From assembly GCA_913009755.1 (NCBI GenBank), contig CAJVWU010000001.1, positions 60,494 through 124,493 on the forward strand: a stretch of DNA of 64,000 nucleotides, given 5' to 3'. The notes under the pieces were generated by a model. That model was not told the origin of the DNA, ran no database searches, and saw only the letters and a program-made list of their open reading frames with translations. Position 1 is the first letter of the stretch. Every line of letters starts with the position of its first letter. This document shows positions 28,720 to 37,584 of the stretch, one piece after another. The position numbers and the translations under genes were made by a program. The DNA comes from an uncultured Bacteroidia bacterium. GTDB taxonomy: Bacteria > Bacteroidota > Bacteroidia > Bacteroidales > F082.

Positions 28720-30072
28720 ATGAAATCAATCGAAATGAAAAAGTCATTGTTAATTACATTCTTTTCTTTGATAATTGTAGTAACAGCTTATAATCAACCT
28801 TGTTTACCTGGTGGGATAAGTTTCACAACGCAAGCACAAATTGACAGTTTTCCTATAAATTACCCTAATTGCACAAAAATTATTGGGAATGTTGATATTT
28901 ATGGTGACGACATTAATAATTTGGATAGTCTTATTTCGGTCACATCCTTTGATAGTTGGCTTACCATTCGGTATAACCCTACGTTAAACAGTCTGTCTGG
29001 TTTAAGCAACGTAACGTCTATTGGTATTTTGGATATTGCTGGTGACAATGATCTGACTGATTTATCCGGGCTTGAAAATGTAGACTCACTAAATAGATTA
29101 ATCATATTTCAGACTGACATTCTTAGCTCGCTGAATGGCCTGAATAACGTTTCATATATCGGTGGTGAAATTGAACTTAGGTTCAACGAGGTTTTAAAAG
29201 ATTTGAGTGCATTGAGTAATGTTGGTCCCACAATACATGGTATTACAATAAGCGACAATGATTCACTGCGAAATCTATCAGGTTTAGAAGGAATCAAATC
29301 AGTAAGTGGTGGTGTTTTCATTTTTAATAGCTATGGAATAAATGATCTAACAGGATTAGATAATCTTGACTCAATCGGAGGGGGATTCTGGTTGGTAGAA
29401 ACTTCACTTACAAATATCTCAAGTTTATCAAGCTTAGCATTTGTAGGAGAGGAAGGTTGGATCCAACGAAATTATGAGCTTACAGATCTATCGGGCCTGG
29501 AAAACCTAACTTCAATTGGAGGTTTCCTATCTATTGATGACAATGACAAAATAACCAATCTATCAGAACTAAGTAACCTGGAATCCATTAATGGCGATTT
29601 GTCAATTTCAGCCAATGAAAAACTTGCCGATATTTCTGGAATAAAAAATATAAATGCTGAATCTATTTTAGATTTATCAATTAGATGGAATCCTCTATTA
29701 TCAGCGTGTGCTGTTAAAAGTATTTGTGATTACCTTCAAAATCCAAATGGAGATATTGATATTGAAAACAACAATTCGGGGTGTAATAGTCAGGGAGAAG
29801 TTGAAGAAGATTGTCTTGTTGGCGGGTTTTTGCATACATTTTTAGATTCAAAGAGCTTGCTTTATCCTAATCCGGCAAATGACAGAATATTTCTCTCAAC
29901 CAGAGAACGACCAATTATTGAAGTAAATATCTACAATGAATTGGGACAAAAAGTCCTTTCAGTTTTACAACCATCCGAAATAATAGACATTACGTCTCTT
30001 CATTCAGGCATATACATTGTTGAGTTGAAATATAGTAACAAAAGCTTTAAGGAGAAAATAGTAATAATGTGA
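28720..30072 (+). CDS. Leucine-rich-repeat surface protein with T9SS C-terminal sorting domain
   Basis: Signal peptide (MKKSLLITFFSLIIVV). About 10-12 tandem units of about 23 aa, L(S/T)GLeNltsIgG.l.I..N..L.d. CTD: LLYPNPANDRIFL..VNIYNELGQKV..GIYIVELKY..FKEKIVIM. Confidence 0.8.
   Translation: MKSIEMKKSLLITFFSLIIVVTAYNQPCLPGGISFTTQAQIDSFPINYPNCTKIIGNVDIYGDDINNLDSLISVTSFDSWLTIRYNPTLNSLSGLSNVTSIGILDIAGDNDLTDLSGLENVDSLNRLIIFQTDILSSLNGLNNVSYIGGEIELRFNEVLKDLSALSNVGPTIHGITISDNDSLRNLSGLEGIKSVSGGVFIFNSYGINDLTGLDNLDSIGGGFWLVETSLTNISSLSSLAFVGEEGWIQRNYELTDLSGLENLTSIGGFLSIDDNDKITNLSELSNLESINGDLSISANEKLADISGIKNINAESILDLSIRWNPLLSACAVKSICDYLQNPNGDIDIENNNSGCNSQGEVEEDCLVGGFLHTFLDSKSLLYPNPANDRIFLSTRERPIIEVNIYNELGQKVLSVLQPSEIIDITSLHSGIYIVELKYSNKSFKEKIVIM
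28981..29655 (+). repeat. In-frame tandem LRR units (about 69 nt each) inside the surface-protein gene
   Basis: Repeating LSGLSNVTSIG / LSGLENVDSLN / LNGLNNVSYIG / LSALSNVGPTI / LSGLEGIKSVS / LTGLDNLDSIG / LSGLENLTSIG / LSELSNLESIN. Confidence 0.7.
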
Positions 30073-30343
30073 ATAAGCACAGTGCATAACATAATAGAAT
30101 TTAAAACCCAGTTGAGCCCAAAAAATTAGGCAGCGAGTTAAAGGAAGATTGGGGATTTTTATAGTTCGCCTTACCAAAACAGCGATACATAAACATTTAT
30201 AAGACTTGATAATAAAAACTAACCCTAACAAAAAAAATAATCCGATCTCCGGCCATGTATTGGAAATATGAAGTGTGATACATTGTTTATCCCGGGGATC
30301 ACGCCCTTGACGTGCCTTCTGATTGTTGATTGGTTGGCGGACA

Positions 30344-30383
30344 AATAAAAAGCCTCATCGTCAAATATTTGATGATGAGGCTT
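30344..30383 (-). terminator. Rho-independent terminator after tRNA-Leu
   Basis: Stem AGCCTCATC (30351-30359) / GATGAGGCT (30374-30382). The minus-strand RNA is followed by TTTTTATTT. Confidence 0.5.
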
Positions 30384-30387
30384 CCTG

Positions 30388-30471
30388 TACCCGAGGCCGG
30401 GGTCGAACCGGCACTCCCTGGAAGGAACTGGTTTTTGAGACCAGCGCGTCTACCAATTCCGCCACTCGGGC
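30388..30471 (-). tRNA. tRNA-Leu (anticodon CAA), class II with long variable arm, CCA not encoded
   Basis: Hand-folded: acceptor GCCCGAG / CTCGGGT. D arm GCG-GAATTGGTAGA-CGC. Anticodon arm CTGGT-CTCAAAA-ACCAG. 15-nt variable arm. T arm GCCGG-TTCGACC-CCGGC. Discriminator A. 84 nt. Confidence 0.9.
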
Positions 30472-30583
30472 ATAGTGAATAAATTGGGCGTGCAAAAGTA
30501 CATTTTTTTAAAGATTGTAAAAAAGGATTTGCCCTTTTCCGGGAAAACTTTTCATTGTATTTTGTAACAATGAATTAAAGTAA

Positions 30584-30591
30584 TATTTTTG
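30584..30591 (+). promoter_or_regulatory. Bacteroidota -7 box (TAnnTTTG) upstream of prs
   Basis: TATTTTTG, 41 nt upstream of ATG 30633. Confidence 0.35.
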
Positions 30592-30632
30592 CAGCGCTTT
30601 TTCAATTCGAATCATTATAAGAAAACAGCCAG

Positions 30633-31583
30633 ATGTCAGCAAAAAAATCCACTGTTAGTATTTTTTCCGGCAGGGTCAGCCACTATCTGGCTGAGAAAAT
30701 AGCCACTAATTTCGGCACGGTCCTCGGTGAGAGCATTGTTACTGAATTTTCCGACGGTGAATTCCAGACATCCTTTGAAGAAAACATCAGGGGGCGCGAT
30801 GTGTTCATTGTGCAGTCAACTATCCCTCCGGCAGATAATTTTTATGAACTTTTGATGATGATTGATGCAGCCAAAAGAGCGTCGGCAAGGAATATTATTG
30901 CCGTGATCCCTTATTTCGGTTACGGCAGACAGGACAGAAAAGACAAACCCCGTGTATCCATTGCATCAAAAATGAATGCCGACCTGCTGACAACCGTTGG
31001 TATTGACCGGCTGATCACTCTTGATTTGCATGCCGACCAGATCCAGGGGTTTTTCAATGTGCCCGTTGACCACCTTTATGCCTCCAACATTTTTGTGCCT
31101 TATATAAGGAGTCTGGATATACCCGACCTTATCTTTGCATCACCTGATACGGGAGGGACACGGCGTGCAGCCAGTTATGCCAAAGCACTGAATACCGGTT
31201 TTGTTATCAGTTACAAACACAGGACCAAACCCAATGTTGTGGGCGAGATCAGGCTGATCGGCGATGTAAAAGACAAAAATGTAATCCTTGTTGACGATAT
31301 TATTGATACGGCGGGAACCATCACCCGTGCTGCCGAAGTGATCATGCAGGGAGGGGCCAAATCTGTCCGTGCTTTTTGTACTCACCCTATTTTAAGTGGT
31401 GATGCCTGCAGGAAAATAAAAGAATCCCCTTTTACCGAAGTATTGGTTACGGATACCATTCCGATAAAAGAAAAATGTGATAAAATCACGGTTTTATCAA
31501 CAGCCAAATTGTTTGCCGAGGTGATCAAAAGGGTACAAAACAGGAAATCAATCAGCTCCCTTTTTAATTTATCGAAAATATAA
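30633..31583 (+). CDS. prs: Ribose-phosphate diphosphokinase
   Basis: PYFGYGRQDRK, DLHADQIQGFF and VLVDDIIDTAGT (PRPP-binding loop). Confidence 0.95.
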   Translation: MSAKKSTVSIFSGRVSHYLAEKIATNFGTVLGESIVTEFSDGEFQTSFEENIRGRDVFIVQSTIPPADNFYELLMMIDAAKRASARNIIAVIPYFGYGRQDRKDKPRVSIASKMNADLLTTVGIDRLITLDLHADQIQGFFNVPVDHLYASNIFVPYIRSLDIPDLIFASPDTGGTRRAASYAKALNTGFVISYKHRTKPNVVGEIRLIGDVKDKNVILVDDIIDTAGTITRAAEVIMQGGAKSVRAFCTHPILSGDACRKIKESPFTEVLVTDTIPIKEKCDKITVLSTAKLFAEVIKRVQNRKSISSLFNLSKI

Positions 31584-31609
31584 CCTTTTAATTCACAAAT
31601 ATATAAATA

Positions 31610-32245
31610 ATGAAAACAGTATCATTGAGCGGTTCGCTCAGAGCGAACGTAGGGAAAAAAGATGCTAAAAAACAAAGAAGGGAAGGTTTGATTCCCTCTG
31701 TGTTATATGGCGGAAAAGAACAAGTGCATTTTGCACTGAAAGAACTGGATTTTGATCGCCTGATTTTTTCAGCCGATGTTTATTTAATTAACCTGAACAT
31801 TGACGGGAAAGAATATCAGACCATCCTTCAGGATGTCCAGTACCATCCGGTTACAGACAAGGTTTTGCATGCCGACTTTCTTGAAACAACACCTGAGAAA
31901 CCGGTAATCATCAAACTTCCTGTTCATTTTATGGGCGATGTCCCCGGTGTTATTGCCGGCGGAAGACTGATCAAAAAGCTCAGGAAAATTCTGGTTAAAG
32001 GCCTCATTGAAGATATGCCTGATTTTATTGAGATTGACATGTCTGAACTGGATATCGGTGATAATATTACGATCAAAGATTTGCAAATTGAAAAGCTGAC
32101 ATTTCTTGAACAACCCAGATCTGTGATCGTCGGTGTGAAAACTGCCCGCGGTATTGAAGAACTTGAAGTTGAGGAAGAGGAAGAAGAAGAAGAAGGTGGT
32201 GAGGAAGGCGGAACTGCCGAAGGCGAAAAATCATCTGAAGAATAA
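31610..32245 (+). CDS. rplY: 50S ribosomal protein L25/general stress protein Ctc
   Basis: GKKDAKKQRREGLIPSVLYGG and LQDVQYHPVTDKVLHADF. Long form with an acidic poly-Glu C-terminal tail. Confidence 0.9.
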   Translation: MKTVSLSGSLRANVGKKDAKKQRREGLIPSVLYGGKEQVHFALKELDFDRLIFSADVYLINLNIDGKEYQTILQDVQYHPVTDKVLHADFLETTPEKPVIIKLPVHFMGDVPGVIAGGRLIKKLRKILVKGLIEDMPDFIEIDMSELDIGDNITIKDLQIEKLTFLEQPRSVIVGVKTARGIEELEVEEEEEEEEGGEEGGTAEGEKSSEE

Positions 32246-32268
32246 AGTACGAATAAATATTTTTTTAC

Positions 32269-32316
32269 AAAGGGATAGGATAGGGTTGTTTATTAACTTT
32301 ATCCCTTTATTTTTAA
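32269..32316 (+). terminator. Rho-independent terminator after rplY
   Basis: Stem AAAGGGATA (32269-32277) / TATCCCTTT (32300-32308), followed by ATTTTTAATTTT. Confidence 0.5.
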
Positions 32317-32340
32317 TTTTAAATTTATAAACTGACCGTT

Positions 32341-32904
32341 TTGAAATATTTAATTGCCGGCCTGGGAAATGTTGGTGCTGAGTATGCAAATACCCGGCAT
32401 AATGTTGGTTTTGTTGTGGCCGATGCACTGGTAAAAGACCTGAAAGGCAGCTTTAAAATTGAACGGCTGGCTTCGGTAAGCAAAGTAAAATACAAAGGGC
32501 GGACACTGGTGGTTATCAAGCCCACTACATACATGAACCTGAGCGGTAAAGCCGTGAAATACTGGCTCGACAAAGAAAAAATACCTATTGAAAGGCTGCT
32601 GGTTGTTGTGGATGATATTGCCATTTCCCCGGGCATCCTCAGGTTAAAGCCCAAAGGTGGCGATGCCGGCCATAACGGGCTTTCCGACATTATCCTTAAA
32701 CTGGATACAATCGACTTTGCCCGCCTGCGAATAGGTATCGGAGATGATTTTGCCCGTGGCTGCCAGACGGATTATGTGCTGGGCGAATGGACAAGCAAAG
32801 AAGTCAACCTGATGATCCCCCGCATCGAAATGGCCGTGGAAGTCATCAAAAGTTTTGTCACCGTGGGGATTGAAAAGACAATGACGGAGTTTAATAATAA
32901 ATAA
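32341..32904 (+). CDS. pth: Peptidyl-tRNA hydrolase
   Basis: TTG start. (M)KYLIAGLGNVGAEYANTRHNVGF, GGDAGHNGL. Confidence 0.9.
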   Translation: MKYLIAGLGNVGAEYANTRHNVGFVVADALVKDLKGSFKIERLASVSKVKYKGRTLVVIKPTTYMNLSGKAVKYWLDKEKIPIERLLVVVDDIAISPGILRLKPKGGDAGHNGLSDIILKLDTIDFARLRIGIGDDFARGCQTDYVLGEWTSKEVNLMIPRIEMAVEVIKSFVTVGIEKTMTEFNNK

Positions 32905-32911
32905 TTGGTAA

Positions 32912-34075
32912 TTATATTTCCTGTTCAAGAAACTCTTTCAAAGGAACAACCATAACTTTTTCGTTAAGCGGGTAAGATGATTCCACCGGAGCAATTACGT
33001 AACCCTTATCAATTTTCATATCCGACATGGCAGCATAAAAACCTTTGGATAATTTCGGAGCCGTTGTTGCTTTACATTCAATAGCGATTAGTTTTTGGCC
33101 TTTCTGCAATATCAGATCAATTTCGGCTCCGTTTGATGTCCTGTAAAAACCGGCTTCCCAGTCTTTGAGCTTTTCTAACACATTTTCGATAACAAGCGTT
33201 TCCCAGGAAGCGCCGAAAACAGGATGAGCTAATAAATCGTTCATGGATTCAATGTTAAGTAAAACGTGTAGGATACCCGTGTCGCGAATGTAAATTTTGG
33301 GCGATTTTATCATTCTTTTTTTTGTGTTTGCCCGGAACGGCGGTAATAATCTTAACATAAAAGTTCCTGCAAAAATATCCAGGTATTTTTTTACTGTTGT
33401 ATGATTATACCCCAGTGAGTCACCAAACTTTGAAGCATTTAATATTTGTCCCTGACTGTGCGCACACATTTTCCATAACCTGAATGCTGTTTCAGGAGGG
33501 ATGTTAAAGCCCATTTGCTGTAAATCCCTTTGTAAAAAAGATTCGATGAAACTTTGTCGCCATATATAGCTTATTTCCTGATTGCCGGACAGATAACTTC
33601 TTGGAAAGCCACCACGAATCATGTAATTGAAAAGTAAGTTCTCTTTTGTTATGTTAGTGTCTTTTATTTCAAGAAAAGTTAGAGGAGTAAGATAAATATA
33701 AACAATCCTGCCTGCCAGGGTTTCAGAACTCTGTTTAATAAAATCACGTGAAGCTGACCCAAGTATTAAAAATTGCCCGTTTCGATTATTCTCGTCAATA
33801 ATACTTCTCAAATCGGTAAATATTCCGGGTAATTTCTGTATTTCATCCAGGCAAACAAGCTTTTCCACATTCAGTTTGAAAAACATTTCAGGATCAGTCA
33901 AACGGGTTTTGTCCGATCTTTTCTCTAAATCAAGATAAATCGAATCGCCGAACTGTTGTACCAAATGTTTGGCAAGCGTTGATTTACCACATTGCCTGGG
34001 ACCCAGTATTGCCACTACCGGAAAATGAGACAGATATTTGATGATATCTGAAGAAATATGACGATGAATATACAT
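32912..34075 (-). CDS. AAA+ ATPase with C-terminal DUF4143-type domain (COG1373-like)
   Basis: Walker A GPRQCGKST, Walker B VCLDEIQ and a C-terminal restriction-endonuclease-like tail (EIDLILQKG..IAIECK). Confidence 0.85.
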   Translation of the reverse strand: MYIHRHISSDIIKYLSHFPVVAILGPRQCGKSTLAKHLVQQFGDSIYLDLEKRSDKTRLTDPEMFFKLNVEKLVCLDEIQKLPGIFTDLRSIIDENNRNGQFLILGSASRDFIKQSSETLAGRIVYIYLTPLTFLEIKDTNITKENLLFNYMIRGGFPRSYLSGNQEISYIWRQSFIESFLQRDLQQMGFNIPPETAFRLWKMCAHSQGQILNASKFGDSLGYNHTTVKKYLDIFAGTFMLRLLPPFRANTKKRMIKSPKIYIRDTGILHVLLNIESMNDLLAHPVFGASWETLVIENVLEKLKDWEAGFYRTSNGAEIDLILQKGQKLIAIECKATTAPKLSKGFYAAMSDMKIDKGYVIAPVESSYPLNEKVMVVPLKEFLEQEI

Positions 34076-34345
34076 TTTTTATTTACAAAAATAAGAAAAA
34101 TACTATGCATTTTGCGATGATGAATTGCATTTTGCATGGATATGTTCATGGTTGGTTTTTTCTGATCCTCGTCCCACCGGGGTCCCCTGGCGGGTGCAAT
34201 CCTGTAGCAACATCACTTTTTTTTATAATAATGTTCTGGAATTCACAAGAGTAAAGGATCGGTTCAAAACATTACCAGATATTCCGGGAGGATTTTAGAG
34301 TAAATCATGTTTCGTATCTTTTTCATAACTTTGGCCTGATTTGTT

Positions 34346-34567
34346 ATGAATGAAAAAATAAAATATTGGATTGGGTTATCTGATTACGATTACGAAACTG
34401 CTGAAGCTATGTTAAAAAGCAAGCGTTATCTTTACGTTGGCTTTATGTGCCATCAGACGATTGAAAAAGCGCTTAAAGCATATTTTGCAAAAGTAAAGGA
34501 AGGTAATCCGCCATACACTCATAACCTCACATTCATTGCCCGGAAAAGAAATGCAGGGAATTGCTAA
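34346..34567 (+). pseudogene. HEPN-domain protein, C-terminally truncated
   Basis: The N-terminal two helices (YWIGLSDYDYETAEAMLKSKRYLYVGFMCHQTIEKALKAYF..PPYTHNL) match small Bacteroidota HEPN toxins. It ends after 73 aa, before the R-x4-6-H region. Confidence 0.6.
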
Positions 34568-34727
34568 AAAACACGAAAGAATTACAAGAATGGATAAAGA
34601 AACAGCTATAGACATAGTACGTTTGTACAAACAACTATTGCAAGAATATTTTGATCTTGAAAAGGTTTACCTTTTTGGTTCTTATGCAACAGAAACCAAC
34701 AGAGAAGATAGTGATATTGAAGTTTGA
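34536..34727 (+). pseudogene. Minimal nucleotidyltransferase (MNT) fragment, C-terminally truncated
   Basis: KVYLFGSYATETNREDSDIEV is the G-S..D-x-D catalytic start of MNT antitoxins. A stop comes right after DIEV. The probable original start is MDKET at 34590. Confidence 0.55.
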
Positions 34728-34823
34728 TAACTCTTAATCTCAAAAAACCTAACTCTTTAATACATAATCCAATCAATCAAAGTGCAAAATAACTAATAAA
34801 CCAACTTTTGTTAGATGATAGAT

Positions 34824-36581
34824 CTAACTTTCCCCTTCCACAATCCTCAGCCCCAGTTCATCCAACTGTTCCTGTGAAATAGGGGAAGGCGAGTCAATCA
34901 TCACATCGCGGCCTGAATTGTTTTTTGGAAAGGCAATAAAATCGCGGATGGAATCCTGCCCGGCAAACAGGGCAACGAGCCGGTCGAACCCCAGGGCAAT
35001 GCCACCGTGAGGCGGCGCGCCATATTCGAAGGCATTCATCAGGAAACCAAACTGTGCCTGCGCTTCTTCATCCGAAAAACCAAGCAATTTGAACATTTGT
35101 TTTTGCAATTCGCGATTATGTATTCTGATGGATCCCCCGCCAATTTCCACACCATTGATGACGATGTCGTAGGCGTTGGCACTCACACTGCCAGGTTCGG
35201 TTTCCAGCAAATGTTCATGTTCAGGTTTTGGCGAAGTAAAAGGATGGTGCATGGCATGATACCTGCCTGATTCCGCATCCCATTCCAGTAGCGGAAAATC
35301 AACAACCCATAACGGTTTGAAAACTTCGGGATTTCTTAATTCCAGCCTGTTGCCCATTTCAAGGCGTAATTCATTCAGTTGCCGGCGGACAGCATCGGTT
35401 TCTCCAGAAAGTATCAGCATCAGGTCGCCGGGATTTGCCCCGAACTTTTCGGCCCAGACTTTCAGGTCTTCCTGAGAAAAGAATTTGTTAACCGATGATT
35501 TGAACGTACCGTCTTCATTGTATTTTACATACACAAGCCCTTTGGCCCCGATCTGTGGTTTTTTAACAAAATCCGTCAGTTTGTCCAGTTGCTTTCGCGA
35601 ATAGTTTCCGCAGCTTTCGGTATTGATGCCCACCACAAGTTCCGCATCATCAAACACGTTGAAACCTTTTCCTTTGGCCACATCATTCAGCTCAACAAAT
35701 TTCATCCCGAAACGGATATCCGGTTTGTCGCTGCCGTAAGTTTTCATGGCTTCGGCATAAGTCATGCGGGGTAGTTTTTCAATATTAACACCTTTAATTT
35801 CTCTGAAAAGATAACGGATCAGCCCTTCAAAAGTATCCAGCACATCCTCCTGTTCCACGAAGGCCATTTCGCAGTCAATCTGCGTAAACTCGGGCTGACG
35901 ATCGGCACGCAGATCCTCGTCGCGGAAGCATTTTACCAATTGATAATACCTGTCGTAACCTGCCACCATCAGCAACTGTTTAAAAGTTTGGGGCGATTGC
36001 GGCAGGGCATAGAACTGTCCCCGGTTCATCCTCGACGGAACCACGAAATCACGGGCGCCTTCAGGGGTGGATTTGATCAGGTAAGGCGTTTCTATCTCGA
36101 AAAAATCCTGGCTGTCCAGGTATTTCCGGGTTTCCAGCGAGAGGCGGTGGCGAAGTGCCAGGTTAGTCCTCAACGGATTTCTCCGAAGGTCAAGATACCG
36201 GTATTTCATCCTCAATTCTTCGCCTCCATCGGTATTGTCTTCAATGGTAAACGGCGGTATTTTTGATTTGTTCAGCACCTCAATACCCGTCAGGTCAATT
36301 TCAATATCGCCGGTTGGCATTTTGTGGTTTTTTGAAACACGTTCTATCACAGTCCCGCGTGCACTGATCACAAATTCACGGCCCAGTGTACGTGCTTTAT
36401 CTATCAGTTCCTGCGCCGACCTGCCTTCTTCCAGCAGCAATTGTGTAATGCCGTATCTGTCACGCAAATCAATCCATATCAGGCTGCCTTTGTCGCGTAT
36501 GCGCTGAACCCAGCCCGAAAGGGTTACTTTTTTGTTGACATCTTCAATTCGTAATTCGCCGCAGGTGTGTGAACGTAACAT
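34824..36581 (-). CDS. aspS: Aspartate--tRNA ligase
   Basis: [11 protein letters not shown].., [43 protein letters not shown]. 585 aa. Confidence 0.95.
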   Translation of the reverse strand: MLRSHTCGELRIEDVNKKVTLSGWVQRIRDKGSLIWIDLRDRYGITQLLLEEGRSAQELIDKARTLGREFVISARGTVIERVSKNHKMPTGDIEIDLTGIEVLNKSKIPPFTIEDNTDGGEELRMKYRYLDLRRNPLRTNLALRHRLSLETRKYLDSQDFFEIETPYLIKSTPEGARDFVVPSRMNRGQFYALPQSPQTFKQLLMVAGYDRYYQLVKCFRDEDLRADRQPEFTQIDCEMAFVEQEDVLDTFEGLIRYLFREIKGVNIEKLPRMTYAEAMKTYGSDKPDIRFGMKFVELNDVAKGKGFNVFDDAELVVGINTESCGNYSRKQLDKLTDFVKKPQIGAKGLVYVKYNEDGTFKSSVNKFFSQEDLKVWAEKFGANPGDLMLILSGETDAVRRQLNELRLEMGNRLELRNPEVFKPLWVVDFPLLEWDAESGRYHAMHHPFTSPKPEHEHLLETEPGSVSANAYDIVINGVEIGGGSIRIHNRELQKQMFKLLGFSDEEAQAQFGFLMNAFEYGAPPHGGIALGFDRLVALFAGQDSIRDFIAFPKNNSGRDVMIDSPSPISQEQLDELGLRIVEGES

Positions 36582-36899
36582 GTTGTCTCTTTGTTTATTA
36601 TTTAAAAAGTATTTTGCTCAGCATGAAACGGCGAAATTAAGAAAAAGACGATGATGCGATTAATTTAATGAGCTTTGGAAGATGAATGTTTTATTCTTCC
36701 CCGTGTAACTCCGTGTTTCCTTTGCATACCTTTGCAGAATAGCAATTTCACGAACTGCCGCAGAGAAGGTACGGAGGGACACAAAGGAAAAACATGTATT
36801 AAAATTGAATATGAGTTATTAAAAAAAGATTGATTTTATGAAAGGCTTACCGGAACAGAACGACAAATACATAAAATAATAGAATATCGCTGAAAACAA

Positions 36900-37520
36900 A
36901 TGAAACAACAACATACCGGAAAAGAAAAACAGCCAAAAGCTTTCAAAGACATGAAAAGTTGGCACCTGTCAAGAAAGTTTTTTCTTCAGTCCGTAATTAT
37001 GGGCGGAGTGCTGTCGCAATTGCCGGTTGTTAAAATATTGGGGAATACTGTAAAAGACACCTCAATCCTTTCCGAAAAGCAACTGTCCATTGTTTCATCT
37101 GTTCAGGAAATCCTTTTCCCTGCCGATGACAACGGCCCGGGAGCTTCCGATATCAACGCAAAAGAATACCTCCTGTGGGTGTTGGCTGACCCCGAAAAAG
37201 ACCCCGAAGAAGTAAAATACATCATCAACGGCATCGGGTGGGTGGATGAAACGGCGGAAGAAACACTTTCAAAACCGTATCTTGAATTAACACAACCGGA
37301 AAAAGAAAAACTGATCGAAACCATCTCGCACAAAAGCTGGGGTGAAAGCTGGCTTTCGATCATCCTGACTTTCATTTTTGAAGCCCTTTTAAGCGACCCG
37401 CAATACGGGGGAAATCCCAACGGGACCGGATGGAAATGGCTGAGTTACATCGCCGGCCAACCCCGCCCGACACCCGAACTACTTTACCCTGAAATTATTA
37501 AAACCGTGAGAAATAATTAA
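36900..37520 (+). CDS. Gluconate 2-dehydrogenase subunit 3-family protein (small partner of GMC oxidoreductase)
   Basis: FPADDNGPGASDINAKEYL and DPQYGGNPNGTGWKWL motifs. It is adjacent to the GMC flavoprotein. Confidence 0.7.
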   Translation: MKQQHTGKEKQPKAFKDMKSWHLSRKFFLQSVIMGGVLSQLPVVKILGNTVKDTSILSEKQLSIVSSVQEILFPADDNGPGASDINAKEYLLWVLADPEKDPEEVKYIINGIGWVDETAEETLSKPYLELTQPEKEKLIETISHKSWGESWLSIILTFIFEALLSDPQYGGNPNGTGWKWLSYIAGQPRPTPELLYPEIIKTVRNN

Positions 37521-37584
37521 TTGACTTCAGTTACCCAGGCCTTCAGGCCTGGGCTGAAAGCGAAAAAAAATATTAGAAGATAAT

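Noticed and set aside
32146-32245. Poly-Glu/Gly tail of L25/Ctc (EEEEEEEEGGEEGG..).
   Set aside because: Acidic low-complexity C-terminal extensions seem compatible with long-form L25/Ctc proteins, and I see no reason to treat this one as a separate feature.
36700-36795. Cluster of short repeats (CCGTGT x2, CCTTTGCA x2, then ACGGAG..CAAAGG) upstream of the gluconate-DH-like operon, which at first looked like a structured element.
   Set aside because: On inspection the complementary blocks are in mirror order, not hairpin order, so no stable stem forms. One repeat simply coincides with a TACCTTTG -7-like box.
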